IMG/VR virus record: IMGVR_UViG_3300042502_000941
Span: 1 to 64,000 of that record
Origin: a virus
Strand: one strand, 5' to 3'
Length of the DNA stretch: 64,000 bases
In this document: one piece after another, positions 47,490-57,089 of the stretch
How the letters are laid out: every line of letters starts with the position of its first letter
Position numbering within the stretch: the stretch's first letter is position 1
The notes under the pieces: generated by a model
Database searches by the model: none
Seen by the model: the letters and a program-made list of their open reading frames with translations, nothing else
Told to the model about the DNA's origin: nothing
Made by a program: the position numbers and the translations under genes

Positions 47490-49382
47490 CTAACGAGTTA
47501 TTTTAAATATTTTCCCAGTATCAACGATGTCAACTGTTCCATCTTTGTACTCTACCTTAATAAATACTGTTAAATAACGTTCTTGCGGTAATCCGCTAGT
47601 ATTTAATTTAAAATAATTACCATATGAAGCATCGCAACTTAATTTAGTATAATCGTCAAAATTAATTAAAACCTCTTCGGATTCAGCATCTTTTACCATA
47701 TAATAGGAAGAAGTTGGTAAATACTTAGGAGTGACCATCGCGGGTTGTTGATATGATTTATTAAATGTCTTTAAAGGATATTTATCTCTTGCAAAAACAA
47801 ATATTTTAGCAACACTACCAGCTTTATATGCACTGTTTAATGACTGCAAGGTAATTAGATTTTGTATAGAAGATGACACCGGTTTTAAACTGCCTGTGCT
47901 AAATACAGTATCATTCCATCCGACATCGATATATGGACTATAAATAGTATTGGTATCTTTACTGAAGAACTGTAACAATCCATTGGTTGGTTGAAGAGGA
48001 GGCGTACTTATTTCAAATGAACTCAATAACATAAGTCCCTGATTTGGAATACAACCACATAGCCAAGAACGGACAATCTGTGTTATATCCATTGATATAT
48101 CACTTTGATTACCATAACTGAATGACTGACTACAAATCAATCCGTTGTTGACCAATGATGGAAACGAAGTGGAGTTGCAAATCCATTTTGGTTTGTTTGT
48201 ATAAGAAGTTGGAACTTTATAATACCAAGTACCGCCTTGATTTTGAAAACTAGCACTTGAATATGAAGATGTTAATAGATAATTTACTTGTTGATAACTA
48301 TTTGTTATTTTATTACCATACCATAAATTACTACCTGAGTAACTTCTATTGTTCCAAGTAGCTCCTAGTTGAGAACCATCGTCTGCATATCTACCGTTTC
48401 CATTTTCCCAACTTTGACTTATTGGATAAGCATATATAGAGTAATTTAGCGGAAGATTTCTCATACCGCATGCTTTTAAATTGAGTGTAAATTTTAACTT
48501 TGAACTGCTAATTTCATTCGTAGAAATAGACTGACTTAATGTGTTTAAGTCAAACTTAATTAATGTTCTACTAAACTCTGGATAGTTTAAGTATATAGCT
48601 GTCGAAGGAGCTTTAAAAGACCCACTATATTTACCTTTGAAATAACCGGCAAAATTTGTGACATCTGTGTAATACAATTTACTGGAAGTTAAAGTTTCTA
48701 TATACAACTTAGAATTAGAACCACTAAAACTTCCTGTAAATGATCCTGAATTAAAAGCTCTTACCGGCGAATAAAAACTGGAGCTACACGGTATGCCTGT
48801 GTTTGATTTTCCTAATAGTTTCCCTCTTAAATTTTTAAAGCTTCCTGTACCTGTCAAAGACGAAGTTAATGGACTTGTTGTATATGTCCGTTTGTTTACT
48901 TTTAATTTTGTAAAAAAACTACCAACTCTCACAGAGCCAGAAAAACTACCTGTACTCCAACTTCCTGTAAAGAATGAGTAACTAGTTATATTCATACTAC
49001 CTGAAAATGATCCGGATGCATAATTTGCCGATCCAGAAATATAAAGTGGTTTTTTTGGGTTAGTAGTTACATTAGATAATCTACCTGTAAAATTAGCAAT
49101 AAATGATGTATTTGGTATTACAGAAGATGTAAGATTAAAAGCATACCACTTACTACCAGAATAAATGAACAGTGAAGACGTGGTGTATGACAACCATCCA
49201 TTATTACCATATGAAGAGGCGGTAAGAGGTGCAGTGTGCCAATTTGGATCTGTGTACACAGTTTTTTTGCCTGTGTTCGACGCATATACTTCTAACACCT
49301 CGTCTATTCCAAAATTTTTGTTTTGGAATTTGTTGGAATTGTTAATATAAGTGTCTTGAGATGGATAAATGAAAATATGCAT
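47490..49382 (-). CDS. Virion protein with DNRLRE-like domain split by a TGSF/SGS-rich insertion
   Basis: IYPSQDTYI...NFG.DE.LEV and SRTLIKFDL...YPISQSWENG...MDITQIVRSWL...NQGLML...FFSKDT...PYI. Confidence 0.65.
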   Translation of the reverse strand: MHIFIYPSQDTYINNSNKFQNKNFGIDEVLEVYASNTGKKTVYTDPNWHTAPLTASSYGNNGWLSYTTSSLFIYSGSKWYAFNLTSSVIPNTSFIANFTGRLSNVTTNPKKPLYISGSANYASGSFSGSMNITSYSFFTGSWSTGSFSGSVRVGSFFTKLKVNKRTYTTSPLTSSLTGTGSFKNLRGKLLGKSNTGIPCSSSFYSPVRAFNSGSFTGSFSGSNSKLYIETLTSSKLYYTDVTNFAGYFKGKYSGSFKAPSTAIYLNYPEFSRTLIKFDLNTLSQSISTNEISSSKLKFTLNLKACGMRNLPLNYSIYAYPISQSWENGNGRYADDGSQLGATWNNRSYSGSNLWYGNKITNSYQQVNYLLTSSYSSASFQNQGGTWYYKVPTSYTNKPKWICNSTSFPSLVNNGLICSQSFSYGNQSDISMDITQIVRSWLCGCIPNQGLMLLSSFEISTPPLQPTNGLLQFFSKDTNTIYSPYIDVGWNDTVFSTGSLKPVSSSIQNLITLQSLNSAYKAGSVAKIFVFARDKYPLKTFNKSYQQPAMVTPKYLPTSSYYMVKDAESEEVLINFDDYTKLSCDASYGNYFKLNTSGLPQERYLTVFIKVEYKDGTVDIVDTGKIFKITR

Positions 49383-49383
49383 A

Positions 49384-51369
49384 TTATACTACCAATCCTT
49401 TTATATCGTTGTCGGGATATTTAATTTCAAATACTGATGGGTCTTTTGATGGATAGAGAATATTATTTTGTGTAGCAATACTTACATTATATGCTATAGG
49501 TGAATAATTACCATCATCAATTGTTAAATTCTTAATCTTCAACTCAATTACAGATTGGACCCCTTCGTTTTTCATTATTTCAAAATTGAGTTGACTGAGA
49601 TTTATCGGTTGGTTAAAACTAATATTATCAATATTCAAATAGTTTTTTACAGATTGAATACAATTGTTTAATACATCTCGTTTATTAAAGCCAGTGAATA
49701 CTGTAATTTTAAAATCGAATCCTAAATTGATAATATAACCATCAATAATATTGATTTTGTCCGTGAGTATTTTGAAATTATTTAGATAACTTATTAAATT
49801 TTGTAACGTAGCTGGATTCAATGTTGTCAAATTTTTATTAACATCATACCCTAACAAATAAAGATTGTTTGTAAATGGATTACTCGATTCCAAAAACTTT
49901 CTTCTATCTAGTGGATTTAATGGATTTAAATCTAATGTTTCATTTCCGTCTTCGGTTATTACGCCTTTTATTAATTGGTTATATTGAACTCGTCTATTTG
50001 AATTGCTTTCAACATATGCTTTTGAAATATTACCTAAATAAGATGGCAATGAATATACTCTTAGTAGAATATCATCGGAAGTAACCATTCTATTTTGAGC
50101 GGAAAAGTTTAATATAGCATTTTGTCGTATTTCCTCATTTGTATCCGCGTCATTACCACCAGTTGATGAAAGTGGATTATTTACTCTCAATGAATTTTTA
50201 AAATTGTTTAATAGAATCACTTCGCTATCAGTTAAACTGGTCACGTCATTTAAATAATCCGTACTAGCAATCTTATTTATTTCATCGGAATTTACATTTG
50301 AATCTAAACCACCACCAACAACATAATTAACTGTCAATGTTGTATTTGATGGAGACACACCGTATGAATTGGCCTTTAATACATTTGTACCGTCTAAAGA
50401 TATATTTAGATTCTTTAAATTGGATAAAGCTACACCAACATTAGTTGGATTTGGTATAATAACTGTATTTTCGTAATTTTCTGTATTCGCCCCAAATTGA
50501 ATATAAGTAAAATTATTCTGATCTACCGTTGTAATAAATCTACGTTCGGTTCTTAGATACTTTAAAATCTTAGGAGTTTCATTTCTATATGGTGATAACG
50601 TTTGATTGGTAAGAGGTACATTATCAATCAATAGTGGAATTGTATCTTGTGCTAGATACTGTGTTTCATAGTAATTGTTGCCATTAGAATCCACCACACT
50701 TATTATTTTAACCACATTAGTTTCATCTAACTTTATTTTTAAAAATGATTGTGGATCGCCAACACTAAATGTTTTTGTTGTTATTCTACCAGAATAACAT
50801 TGTGTGGATTTCTTTATCAGGTAAAATAATGGTGCTCCTGTATTATCACGATTGTAAACACTTATTTGTCTTGGTGAAAATAAAGTATCTTGACTAAAAT
50901 CTACACTTTCTTCGACTATAAATGACACACCTGATACACTAGATAGTTGTGTATATGGTTTTAAAATCAAACAGTATCGTTCATCAGGTACATATTCGCC
51001 ATTAACGCCCGAAGTACGTGTCGCGGGCAACAATTGAAACAATTCTACATTAGTGGATGATACCGAAGATACCTTTGGTTTATATCCCAAAAATTGAGCT
51101 TGGTTTATAATATTTTTACGTTCACCCGCGAATTGAATAAAACTTTCTTTAAATTGATAATCAGTGTAATATGACAATACATCTCCCACAAAAGACGCTT
51201 GTTCGATAAAGATTTGGCCTGGTGAACTTTCACTAAAATCTTTATAACTTTGTGGATAATACTGTTTAGTGAAATCAATTAGTTGTTGTTTTAAAGAAGT
51301 AAAATCACGATTTAAATACAAAACGTCTTTTGTATTAGCCTTGAAGGTTTTGTTAATTAATTGTTGCAT
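49384..51369 (-). CDS. gp6: Baseplate wedge protein (T4 gp6-like)
   Basis: YLNRDFTSLKQQLI...YKDFSESSPG...VGDVLSYYTD, AQFLGYKP, GGNDADTNEEIR...FSAQNRMVT..D. Confidence 0.88.
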   Translation of the reverse strand: MQQLINKTFKANTKDVLYLNRDFTSLKQQLIDFTKQYYPQSYKDFSESSPGQIFIEQASFVGDVLSYYTDYQFKESFIQFAGERKNIINQAQFLGYKPKVSSVSSTNVELFQLLPATRTSGVNGEYVPDERYCLILKPYTQLSSVSGVSFIVEESVDFSQDTLFSPRQISVYNRDNTGAPLFYLIKKSTQCYSGRITTKTFSVGDPQSFLKIKLDETNVVKIISVVDSNGNNYYETQYLAQDTIPLLIDNVPLTNQTLSPYRNETPKILKYLRTERRFITTVDQNNFTYIQFGANTENYENTVIIPNPTNVGVALSNLKNLNISLDGTNVLKANSYGVSPSNTTLTVNYVVGGGLDSNVNSDEINKIASTDYLNDVTSLTDSEVILLNNFKNSLRVNNPLSSTGGNDADTNEEIRQNAILNFSAQNRMVTSDDILLRVYSLPSYLGNISKAYVESNSNRRVQYNQLIKGVITEDGNETLDLNPLNPLDRRKFLESSNPFTNNLYLLGYDVNKNLTTLNPATLQNLISYLNNFKILTDKINIIDGYIINLGFDFKITVFTGFNKRDVLNNCIQSVKNYLNIDNISFNQPINLSQLNFEIMKNEGVQSVIELKIKNLTIDDGNYSPIAYNVSIATQNNILYPSKDPSVFEIKYPDNDIKGLVV

Positions 51370-51770
51370 TATATATTATTGTTTGTGATGATCACTTCAG
51401 TTGTGGATTGTAATTCTTTGTAACTAAAGGCTACTTTTATAAATATTTTATTATAATTATTATTTACAACATCATTTTCCAATAATTGAACTTTAACGTC
51501 TTCAACTATTATACCGTTCATAAATCTATTTACATCATTTTGAATAAGATTTACTAACATCGGCAACATTTCACCCAATTCATTTTGATCAAACAACACT
51601 TTATATAATGAAGAACCAAATGCATTATTAAACCTACGTTCTCCAGGTTTGGTTAATAAAAGATTCCGTATATTACTAGAAACTTGTGAAATAGTATCAG
51701 TATTTGTTTCAAAATAACCATCTTGACCCAATCTAAACGGTATTTTAAGTCCTAGTGCTTTTTTAGCCAT
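51369..51770 (-). CDS. gp25: Baseplate protein (gp25/GPW-like)
   Basis: QVSSNIRNLLLTKPGERRFNNAFGSSLYKVLFD. Confidence 0.88.
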   Translation of the reverse strand: MAKKALGLKIPFRLGQDGYFETNTDTISQVSSNIRNLLLTKPGERRFNNAFGSSLYKVLFDQNELGEMLPMLVNLIQNDVNRFMNGIIVEDVKVQLLENDVVNNNYNKIFIKVAFSYKELQSTTEVIITNNNI

Positions 51771-51772
51771 AA

Positions 51773-52243
51773 TTAAACCTTAGACTTTTTACTATCCACT
51801 GCTTTTAGTAAAGCACGATAATCTCTGTTTATCGCTGAATAAACGCCTTTTACAGGAGCAGGAGCATTTTCAGGCACTTTGGTTTCTGTAATAACTTCTT
51901 GTGTACTGTTTCCATATCCACCCATCATACTAACCATACTGCCTTCTTGTGGCACACCACCGGTGGTTTGGTTTAAAATATCATTCAACATTGGGTTACT
52001 GGTATACTTTACAAACTTTTTCGTGGGTTTAACTGGTTCCTCAACAACCGCAGATTCATTCATCACATCCAATTCTTTTAGAATTTGTTGTTCTAAATCA
52101 GAATCAGATGATTTTTTCTTGGATTGAATAACTTCTTTAGAGAATATTTCTGCCAATTGAAGTTTAAGTTCAGATTGTACTACGTTTCGTACCTCTTGTT
52201 GTACTGTTTTCTTAATGAATTCTTTTAATATATCTATTTTCAT
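51773..52243 (-). CDS. Hypothetical protein
   Basis: 156-aa ORF; NPMLNDILNQT and RDYRALLKA segments. Confidence 0.7.
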   Translation of the reverse strand: MKIDILKEFIKKTVQQEVRNVVQSELKLQLAEIFSKEVIQSKKKSSDSDLEQQILKELDVMNESAVVEEPVKPTKKFVKYTSNPMLNDILNQTTGGVPQEGSMVSMMGGYGNSTQEVITETKVPENAPAPVKGVYSAINRDYRALLKAVDSKKSKV

Positions 52244-52260
52244 ATTATTATATATAATTA

Positions 52261-53508
52261 TTAACCCAAACGAGATTTAGGTAAATTTAATAATGCTTGT
52301 GCGCCTTTTGTATCAGATGGTCTGGGTATCTTGATAGTCTTGATACGGGGTGTACTGGGTGGTTTTGGTATATTTGGTTTAGGCATTCCTTTTTTAACAC
52401 TTGCTAATTTAGCAGCAGCTGCACCAACTGCTCCTCCTGATACAGCTCCAATTAAAGCACCTTTTCCACCCCCAACTATTCCACCTATTCCGGCTCCTAA
52501 TCCACCACCGGCTAATGCTGCTCCTGTTACACCACCAACAGATAATCCGGCACCAAGTGCTGTACCACTCAATCCGCCTATTAATGCTCCTTTACCGCCT
52601 CCAGCTAAGGCCCCTACTCCAGCACCAAGAGCACCACCTAACAATCCACCTTTTAACCCTTTAGCTAATTTGGACGTGGATTCAATTATACCTGTTTTAG
52701 CATTTACAATTTTTTCATTTCCAGCTATAGATTCAGGACTAAACTTATCAGGCGACCAATCCTTACCCAATCCATCCGGTTTACCAAATGCGCTTTGTGC
52801 TTTATCGGCGGCACCTTGAACTTCAGACGTAGTATTACTTGTAGCGCCCTGGGTTTTTGAAGCTGCTTGTTGCGCTACATTCGCGTCTAACCCCTTTGCT
52901 TCTTGGGTGGGGAGTTTTATGTTAGGATTGTCTACCAAAGGAGCTTTATTGGCAACTCCTGATATCGTTTGTGTAGGCGGACCAGGCAACGCTGGATCTG
53001 GATCGGTAAATGGATCTTGTATTTCTACTTTAATTCCCCTACCCGACACATTAATTTGATCTGCTAGTGTTCGTAAAAGAGATTCTCTTGCTTCTTTAAA
53101 TGCATAATTAAAAGCTTCTTCAGGAGTTTTACCTATAGCAATTAAACTTTTATTGGCAGCAGCTATAATTACTCGTAAAGTTTTACCAGTTGACGTTATT
53201 CTTGGAACTTTAACATCTCCGCTCAAAACTAAAAATGCTCTAAAAAGACCAGATACTTCATCTCGGACTGTTGTTGAAAAGTTTCCATTTAAATCAAAAC
53301 TCCATTCACTTGGAAAAGATGCATCAGGTGATAGATTTCTTATGGGTACATCAAATACAGATGAAGCTGATTGATCAGTTTTTAAATTTGGATTAACTAA
53401 ATCAATTTTAGAATAAAAAGCATTTATTGCTTTTCTATATTGATTAGCATTAAATACCGTGCCATTCCAAGACACTACTTGTTTATAAGATACATAATAA
53501 TTGCTCAT
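52261..53508 (-). CDS. Glycine-zipper protein, possibly membrane-inserting
   Basis: About 80 aa of GxxxG repeats (GGLLGGALGAGVGALAGGGKGALIGG, occurring twice), then a basic Pro-rich tail. Confidence 0.65.
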   Translation of the reverse strand: MSNYYVSYKQVVSWNGTVFNANQYRKAINAFYSKIDLVNPNLKTDQSASSVFDVPIRNLSPDASFPSEWSFDLNGNFSTTVRDEVSGLFRAFLVLSGDVKVPRITSTGKTLRVIIAAANKSLIAIGKTPEEAFNYAFKEARESLLRTLADQINVSGRGIKVEIQDPFTDPDPALPGPPTQTISGVANKAPLVDNPNIKLPTQEAKGLDANVAQQAASKTQGATSNTTSEVQGAADKAQSAFGKPDGLGKDWSPDKFSPESIAGNEKIVNAKTGIIESTSKLAKGLKGGLLGGALGAGVGALAGGGKGALIGGLSGTALGAGLSVGGVTGAALAGGGLGAGIGGIVGGGKGALIGAVSGGAVGAAAAKLASVKKGMPKPNIPKPPSTPRIKTIKIPRPSDTKGAQALLNLPKSRLG

Positions 53509-53513
53509 GGTAT

Positions 53514-55190
53514 TTAATTCTGAAATTCAAATTCGACTTGTACTGGCCCTTCTCGACGATTTCTACCTTTGAAATCCCCCACAACTCCAGCACCTGTAAC
53601 AGTATTAATTTTTATTGGATCTTTACACTCTCCGCCACTACCAGCTGGTTTAACTCCATTGCTACCAGGCGCATATCCGCCTCCGGTAACAAATACACGT
53701 CTACTTAGTGTCTTGTGTAAATTATCTCTTAATAATTGTAGTTTAATTTGTTGTACTGGTATTTGTGTTTGATCTGGATTAGCATCTCTTGTATTCTCTG
53801 GAGTTGCATTTCCTGATCTAGGATGTGTATGTGGATGTGGATGCACATGATGAGACCAATGAACGTGGTCCAATAACCAATTACAAAGATCATACATCCA
53901 ATCTACAGTTGTTTGACCTAACAATGCTGGTTCATTTGTTTCTCCATATTGTCCCAAAAATATTTGTGGCGCATTAATACAAGCGGTATTATTTGTAGTT
54001 ATAACTACATTATCATTAGCATCCACTGTATATTCACTATCAGTAGTTATGGCATACCGTTTTTTACTAAAATGTAATGTTTCTGCGAATCTACTACTTA
54101 GTACCAATCTATCTGTATTTATTACAATTTGATCGCTGTTTAAAGTTGGAAACTTAAATGATGTCGAACCTTTTGGATTGAATCTTATTTGTTCTTCTGT
54201 TGACTCTCCATTTGACGTTATACCAAATATACTTTTATAAACTGTAGTTTTCCATTCACTTGATGTTTTGCCACTTGTTAGCTGAATAGTGGACCCGTCG
54301 TTGTTAATATCTTCTGGTATTTGTCCGCCAAAATTCTTTTCAACCGGTGTAATTTTACGAATAGGTGGCAACTTAGGATGTAATTGTTGTGGTTCATCCA
54401 AAGCAATATTTCGTTGTCTATTTCTAATAGTAAGTTTAGGATTACCATATCCACCGCCGATTGAGTCTTTCAATAAATTACCATTCAAATCGTAAGATGA
54501 ATATACACCTTTATCATTTTGTCTATTATCATCATATGCACTAAATCTAATTGACTGACCAAATCTACTTTCTATTATAGTATCCCCTTCATTTTTCTTG
54601 ACCAATCGTATAAATGGATTTGAAATGAAATATTGTCCTACATATCCTATATTATTATACTTCGAATAAATTGGAGCGGATGTATAAGTGGCTCTATTAC
54701 CATCAAAATAAAAAGGGACAGCCGGCGTTCCATCTTCGCTATATACTGTTTCAACTGTATAATCAATATTATTGGGGAAGTTGAATTTGTTTAATGGTTT
54801 ACTATAATAATAATTGTTTCCAACCTTTTGCACCAATACCAATTCATTAACCAGTGGATATTGTGTTATAGTTTGTTCAAGTGGTATAGCCCAAGGTAAT
54901 TTTTCAACCGATGATTTTTTTTCTTGTGATAATATTCTTACTTTAGCACGTCCAATATAAGAAAAATCCACATCGTTTTCATTTGCTGGTTCATTCTTAT
55001 AATTAAGCGGAACCGTTTGCGGATTTATTTTTTGTTTATACGCATCTTGTAATTTTATATGAGTTTCGTCAAAAATTATATCGACTACGACAGCAAGTTG
55101 TATGGGTGAGCGAATATCAACCAAATCTTTTATTTGTTGATCATTTAACTGTGGTGATTTATTTGATTTGGATACGTCTGTGCTTACCAT
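53514..55190 (-). CDS. Baseplate hub / central spike protein (gp5/gpV-like)
   Basis: OB-fold-like N-terminus (AVVVDI...IGRAKVR...YPLVNELVLV), EGDTIIESRFGQSIRF, QIVINTDRLVL, EPALLG, His-rich tip motif; upstream of gp25 and gp6. Confidence 0.7.
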   Translation of the reverse strand: MVSTDVSKSNKSPQLNDQQIKDLVDIRSPIQLAVVVDIIFDETHIKLQDAYKQKINPQTVPLNYKNEPANENDVDFSYIGRAKVRILSQEKKSSVEKLPWAIPLEQTITQYPLVNELVLVQKVGNNYYYSKPLNKFNFPNNIDYTVETVYSEDGTPAVPFYFDGNRATYTSAPIYSKYNNIGYVGQYFISNPFIRLVKKNEGDTIIESRFGQSIRFSAYDDNRQNDKGVYSSYDLNGNLLKDSIGGGYGNPKLTIRNRQRNIALDEPQQLHPKLPPIRKITPVEKNFGGQIPEDINNDGSTIQLTSGKTSSEWKTTVYKSIFGITSNGESTEEQIRFNPKGSTSFKFPTLNSDQIVINTDRLVLSSRFAETLHFSKKRYAITTDSEYTVDANDNVVITTNNTACINAPQIFLGQYGETNEPALLGQTTVDWMYDLCNWLLDHVHWSHHVHPHPHTHPRSGNATPENTRDANPDQTQIPVQQIKLQLLRDNLHKTLSRRVFVTGGGYAPGSNGVKPAGSGGECKDPIKINTVTGAGVVGDFKGRNRREGPVQVEFEFQN

Positions 55191-55191
55191 A

Positions 55192-55533
55192 TTATTCGCC
55201 TTTACTGATTGTTATAACTTCCTCCATCAATTGTTTACGTTCGTCTTCACTTAATATCATAGAAGAACCTTCGCCGCTAGCTTCACCTTTAGCCACCAAA
55301 CGTTGTACAACAGACGCTAACTTAACTAACTGTTCATCGTTTTTAATTCCTACATCATAGTAATCTTTAATCATAGGAACTATGATGGTAGCATCATTGA
55401 TGGTTTTGATCAAACTCCGTAACTCCGATATTAATATATCGATTTGATCTTTTTTATTCTCTGAATTTTTCACTATATCCTTACAAAGACCCGAAAAATT
55501 CTTTCCTTTGTAAATTTCAAAATTTAAGTCCAT
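55192..55533 (-). CDS. Small helical protein (possibly terminase small subunit-like)
   Basis: 113 aa, helical; TATTTATA (55539-55546) lies 5 nt upstream. The function is a guess. Confidence 0.45.
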   Translation of the reverse strand: MDLNFEIYKGKNFSGLCKDIVKNSENKKDQIDILISELRSLIKTINDATIIVPMIKDYYDVGIKNDEQLVKLASVVQRLVAKGEASGEGSSMILSEDERKQLMEEVITISKGE

Positions 55534-55547
55534 ATATCTATAAATAG

Positions 55548-55573
55548 AAAAACCACTCCATTTGGAGTGGTTT
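55548..55573 (-). terminator. Intrinsic terminator after the sigma-like gene
   Basis: aaaccactcca-tt-tggagtggttt inverted repeat with a U tract on the - strand. Confidence 0.8.
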
Positions 55574-55590
55574 ATTTGTTTTGTTTTGTG

Positions 55591-56601
55591 TTATACTTTA
55601 CCGCTGTCTGCGTAATTTTTCATAACTACATTTTGATATGATTTCATCTTATTAATGATTTTAGTAATTTGTTGTGTTTTGCAATTACTTAATTCTCTTA
55701 TATATAAGTACAGTGTTTTTTTATTAAAATTTTCTATTCTATCACTACTACGAAATAATTCGATTACTGCATATGCTATATTAAGATCTTTTTGTTTGGT
55801 AAATATCTTTGTTAGATTTTTTTCCCAATAGTTAATTAACAATTTCATAAACTCTTGTGTTTGAATAGTCTTATGATGTGCATCTTCTGTTTGCAAACAA
55901 ACGCAGTCGTCACCTGGCGTGTCACTGATGTCTACATGTTGATTGAATCGTTTATAATTGTTATTATTATGAAATATCAAATAGTTTTTAGCAACAATAC
56001 TGAAATAACTAAAAGCTTTGCCTTTACCCGCTTCAAATTTATGCATATTAGAAACTAAATGCGTTACAGTTTCTTTTTGAATTTCTAATGGACTATTATC
56101 AAAATAAGTAAATTTGAATGTATTGAATATGTTTTCAACTAATTTATCAAAACTATACTTTATACGATTTTCATATATTTCGTTTCTTATTACCATATCT
56201 GTTGCTAAATTATACTCAATAATTGCTTCCTCAGTCTTTTTAGAAAAATAAATCTTTTCTTTTTTGTTTCTACCACGTCGTTTTTTTCTAACATCTGTTA
56301 ATTCTTCTACTTCTTTATTAATAGCGTTTAGATCATTAATTACTATTATATCTTTACTGGTAATATTTCTTGGAACATTAATTTCAGATAAGTTTTTAGA
56401 TTCGTATGTAATATCTAATTTTACTTTATTATTTTTTTTAGGCGGTTGGTGTGTAACTACTTTTTTAAAAGATGTTATTTTGGTTGGTTTTTTGATTTTT
56501 TTGTTAACACTATTTACCATAGAAGTAATTTTACGTTTTTTATCTGCTACTACTTTAGTCGTTTTTTTATTTACAACTTTACTTTTTTTTGTTTGTTTCA
56601 T
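55591..56601 (-). CDS. Phage late-transcription sigma factor (gp55-like) with Lys-rich N-terminal extension
   Basis: YFSKKTEEAIIEYN...KLVENI...LVSNMHKFEAGKGKAFSYFSIVAKNYL resembles sigma region 2 and the gp55 pattern F...K...F.YF..I; no region 4 evident. Confidence 0.6.
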   Translation of the reverse strand: MKQTKKSKVVNKKTTKVVADKKRKITSMVNSVNKKIKKPTKITSFKKVVTHQPPKKNNKVKLDITYESKNLSEINVPRNITSKDIIVINDLNAINKEVEELTDVRKKRRGRNKKEKIYFSKKTEEAIIEYNLATDMVIRNEIYENRIKYSFDKLVENIFNTFKFTYFDNSPLEIQKETVTHLVSNMHKFEAGKGKAFSYFSIVAKNYLIFHNNNNYKRFNQHVDISDTPGDDCVCLQTEDAHHKTIQTQEFMKLLINYWEKNLTKIFTKQKDLNIAYAVIELFRSSDRIENFNKKTLYLYIRELSNCKTQQITKIINKMKSYQNVVMKNYADSGKV

Positions 56602-56614
56602 TCAAGTAATAATA

Positions 56615-56896
56615 TCAAACGTTATCGGTTTCTTCTTCTTTTACTTTTTTATTCAAAGTTTCCATTGTTTGTTTTAAATCGGAAAAGAGAAAACCAACGT
56701 CGTCATCTTTTTCAAAGATACCACGGTTATCAATAGCTTTCAATTTATTATAAGTATTTTCTACCGATTTTTTAAAGTTTATTATCCAGTCTTCCAAAAT
56801 GTCAATCTGGTTAAATAACTTTTTCGATGTGATTAATAAAAACACATTAACTGCTACTGATATAAACAGTAATATTAATAACAAAATTTCAATCAT
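56615..56896 (-). CDS. Small membrane-anchored coiled-coil protein
   Basis: Start reassigned to ATG 56896 (MIEILLLILLFISVAVNVFLLI), which overlaps the stop of the upstream 47-aa ORF (ATGATTGA). Confidence 0.7.
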   Translation of the reverse strand: MIEILLLILLFISVAVNVFLLITSKKLFNQIDILEDWIINFKKSVENTYNKLKAIDNRGIFEKDDDVGFLFSDLKQTMETLNKKVKEEETDNV

Positions 56897-57032
56897 TGTC
56901 TGTAGGTAGTTCGTCGTCCACTTCCACAAATTCCGATATATAGTCTAAAGCGTCATTCAATGTTTTCCAACACGATTCGTCGTATGATCTTTTGATCAGC
57001 CTATACAATTCTTTAAGTTCAGTTTCATCCAT
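56889..57032 (-). CDS. Small acidic hypothetical protein (47 aa), below the ORF track cutoff
   Basis: Hand translation MDETELKELYRLIKRSYDESCWKTLNDALDYISEFVEVDDELPTDND*; coupled to the next gene; variant motif TAATTATA 3 nt upstream. Confidence 0.65.
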   Translation of the reverse strand: MDETELKELYRLIKRSYDESCWKTLNDALDYISEFVEVDDELPTDND

Positions 57033-57089
57033 GCGTATAATTACATATATATGTAACCGTGACAAATTGATAAAAAAATTATTTTAATA

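Noticed and set aside
56897-56929. Track start (GTG 56929) for the small membrane protein
   Set aside because: It lies inside the upstream 47-aa ORF; ATG 56896 overlaps that ORF's stop and begins directly with the TM helix.
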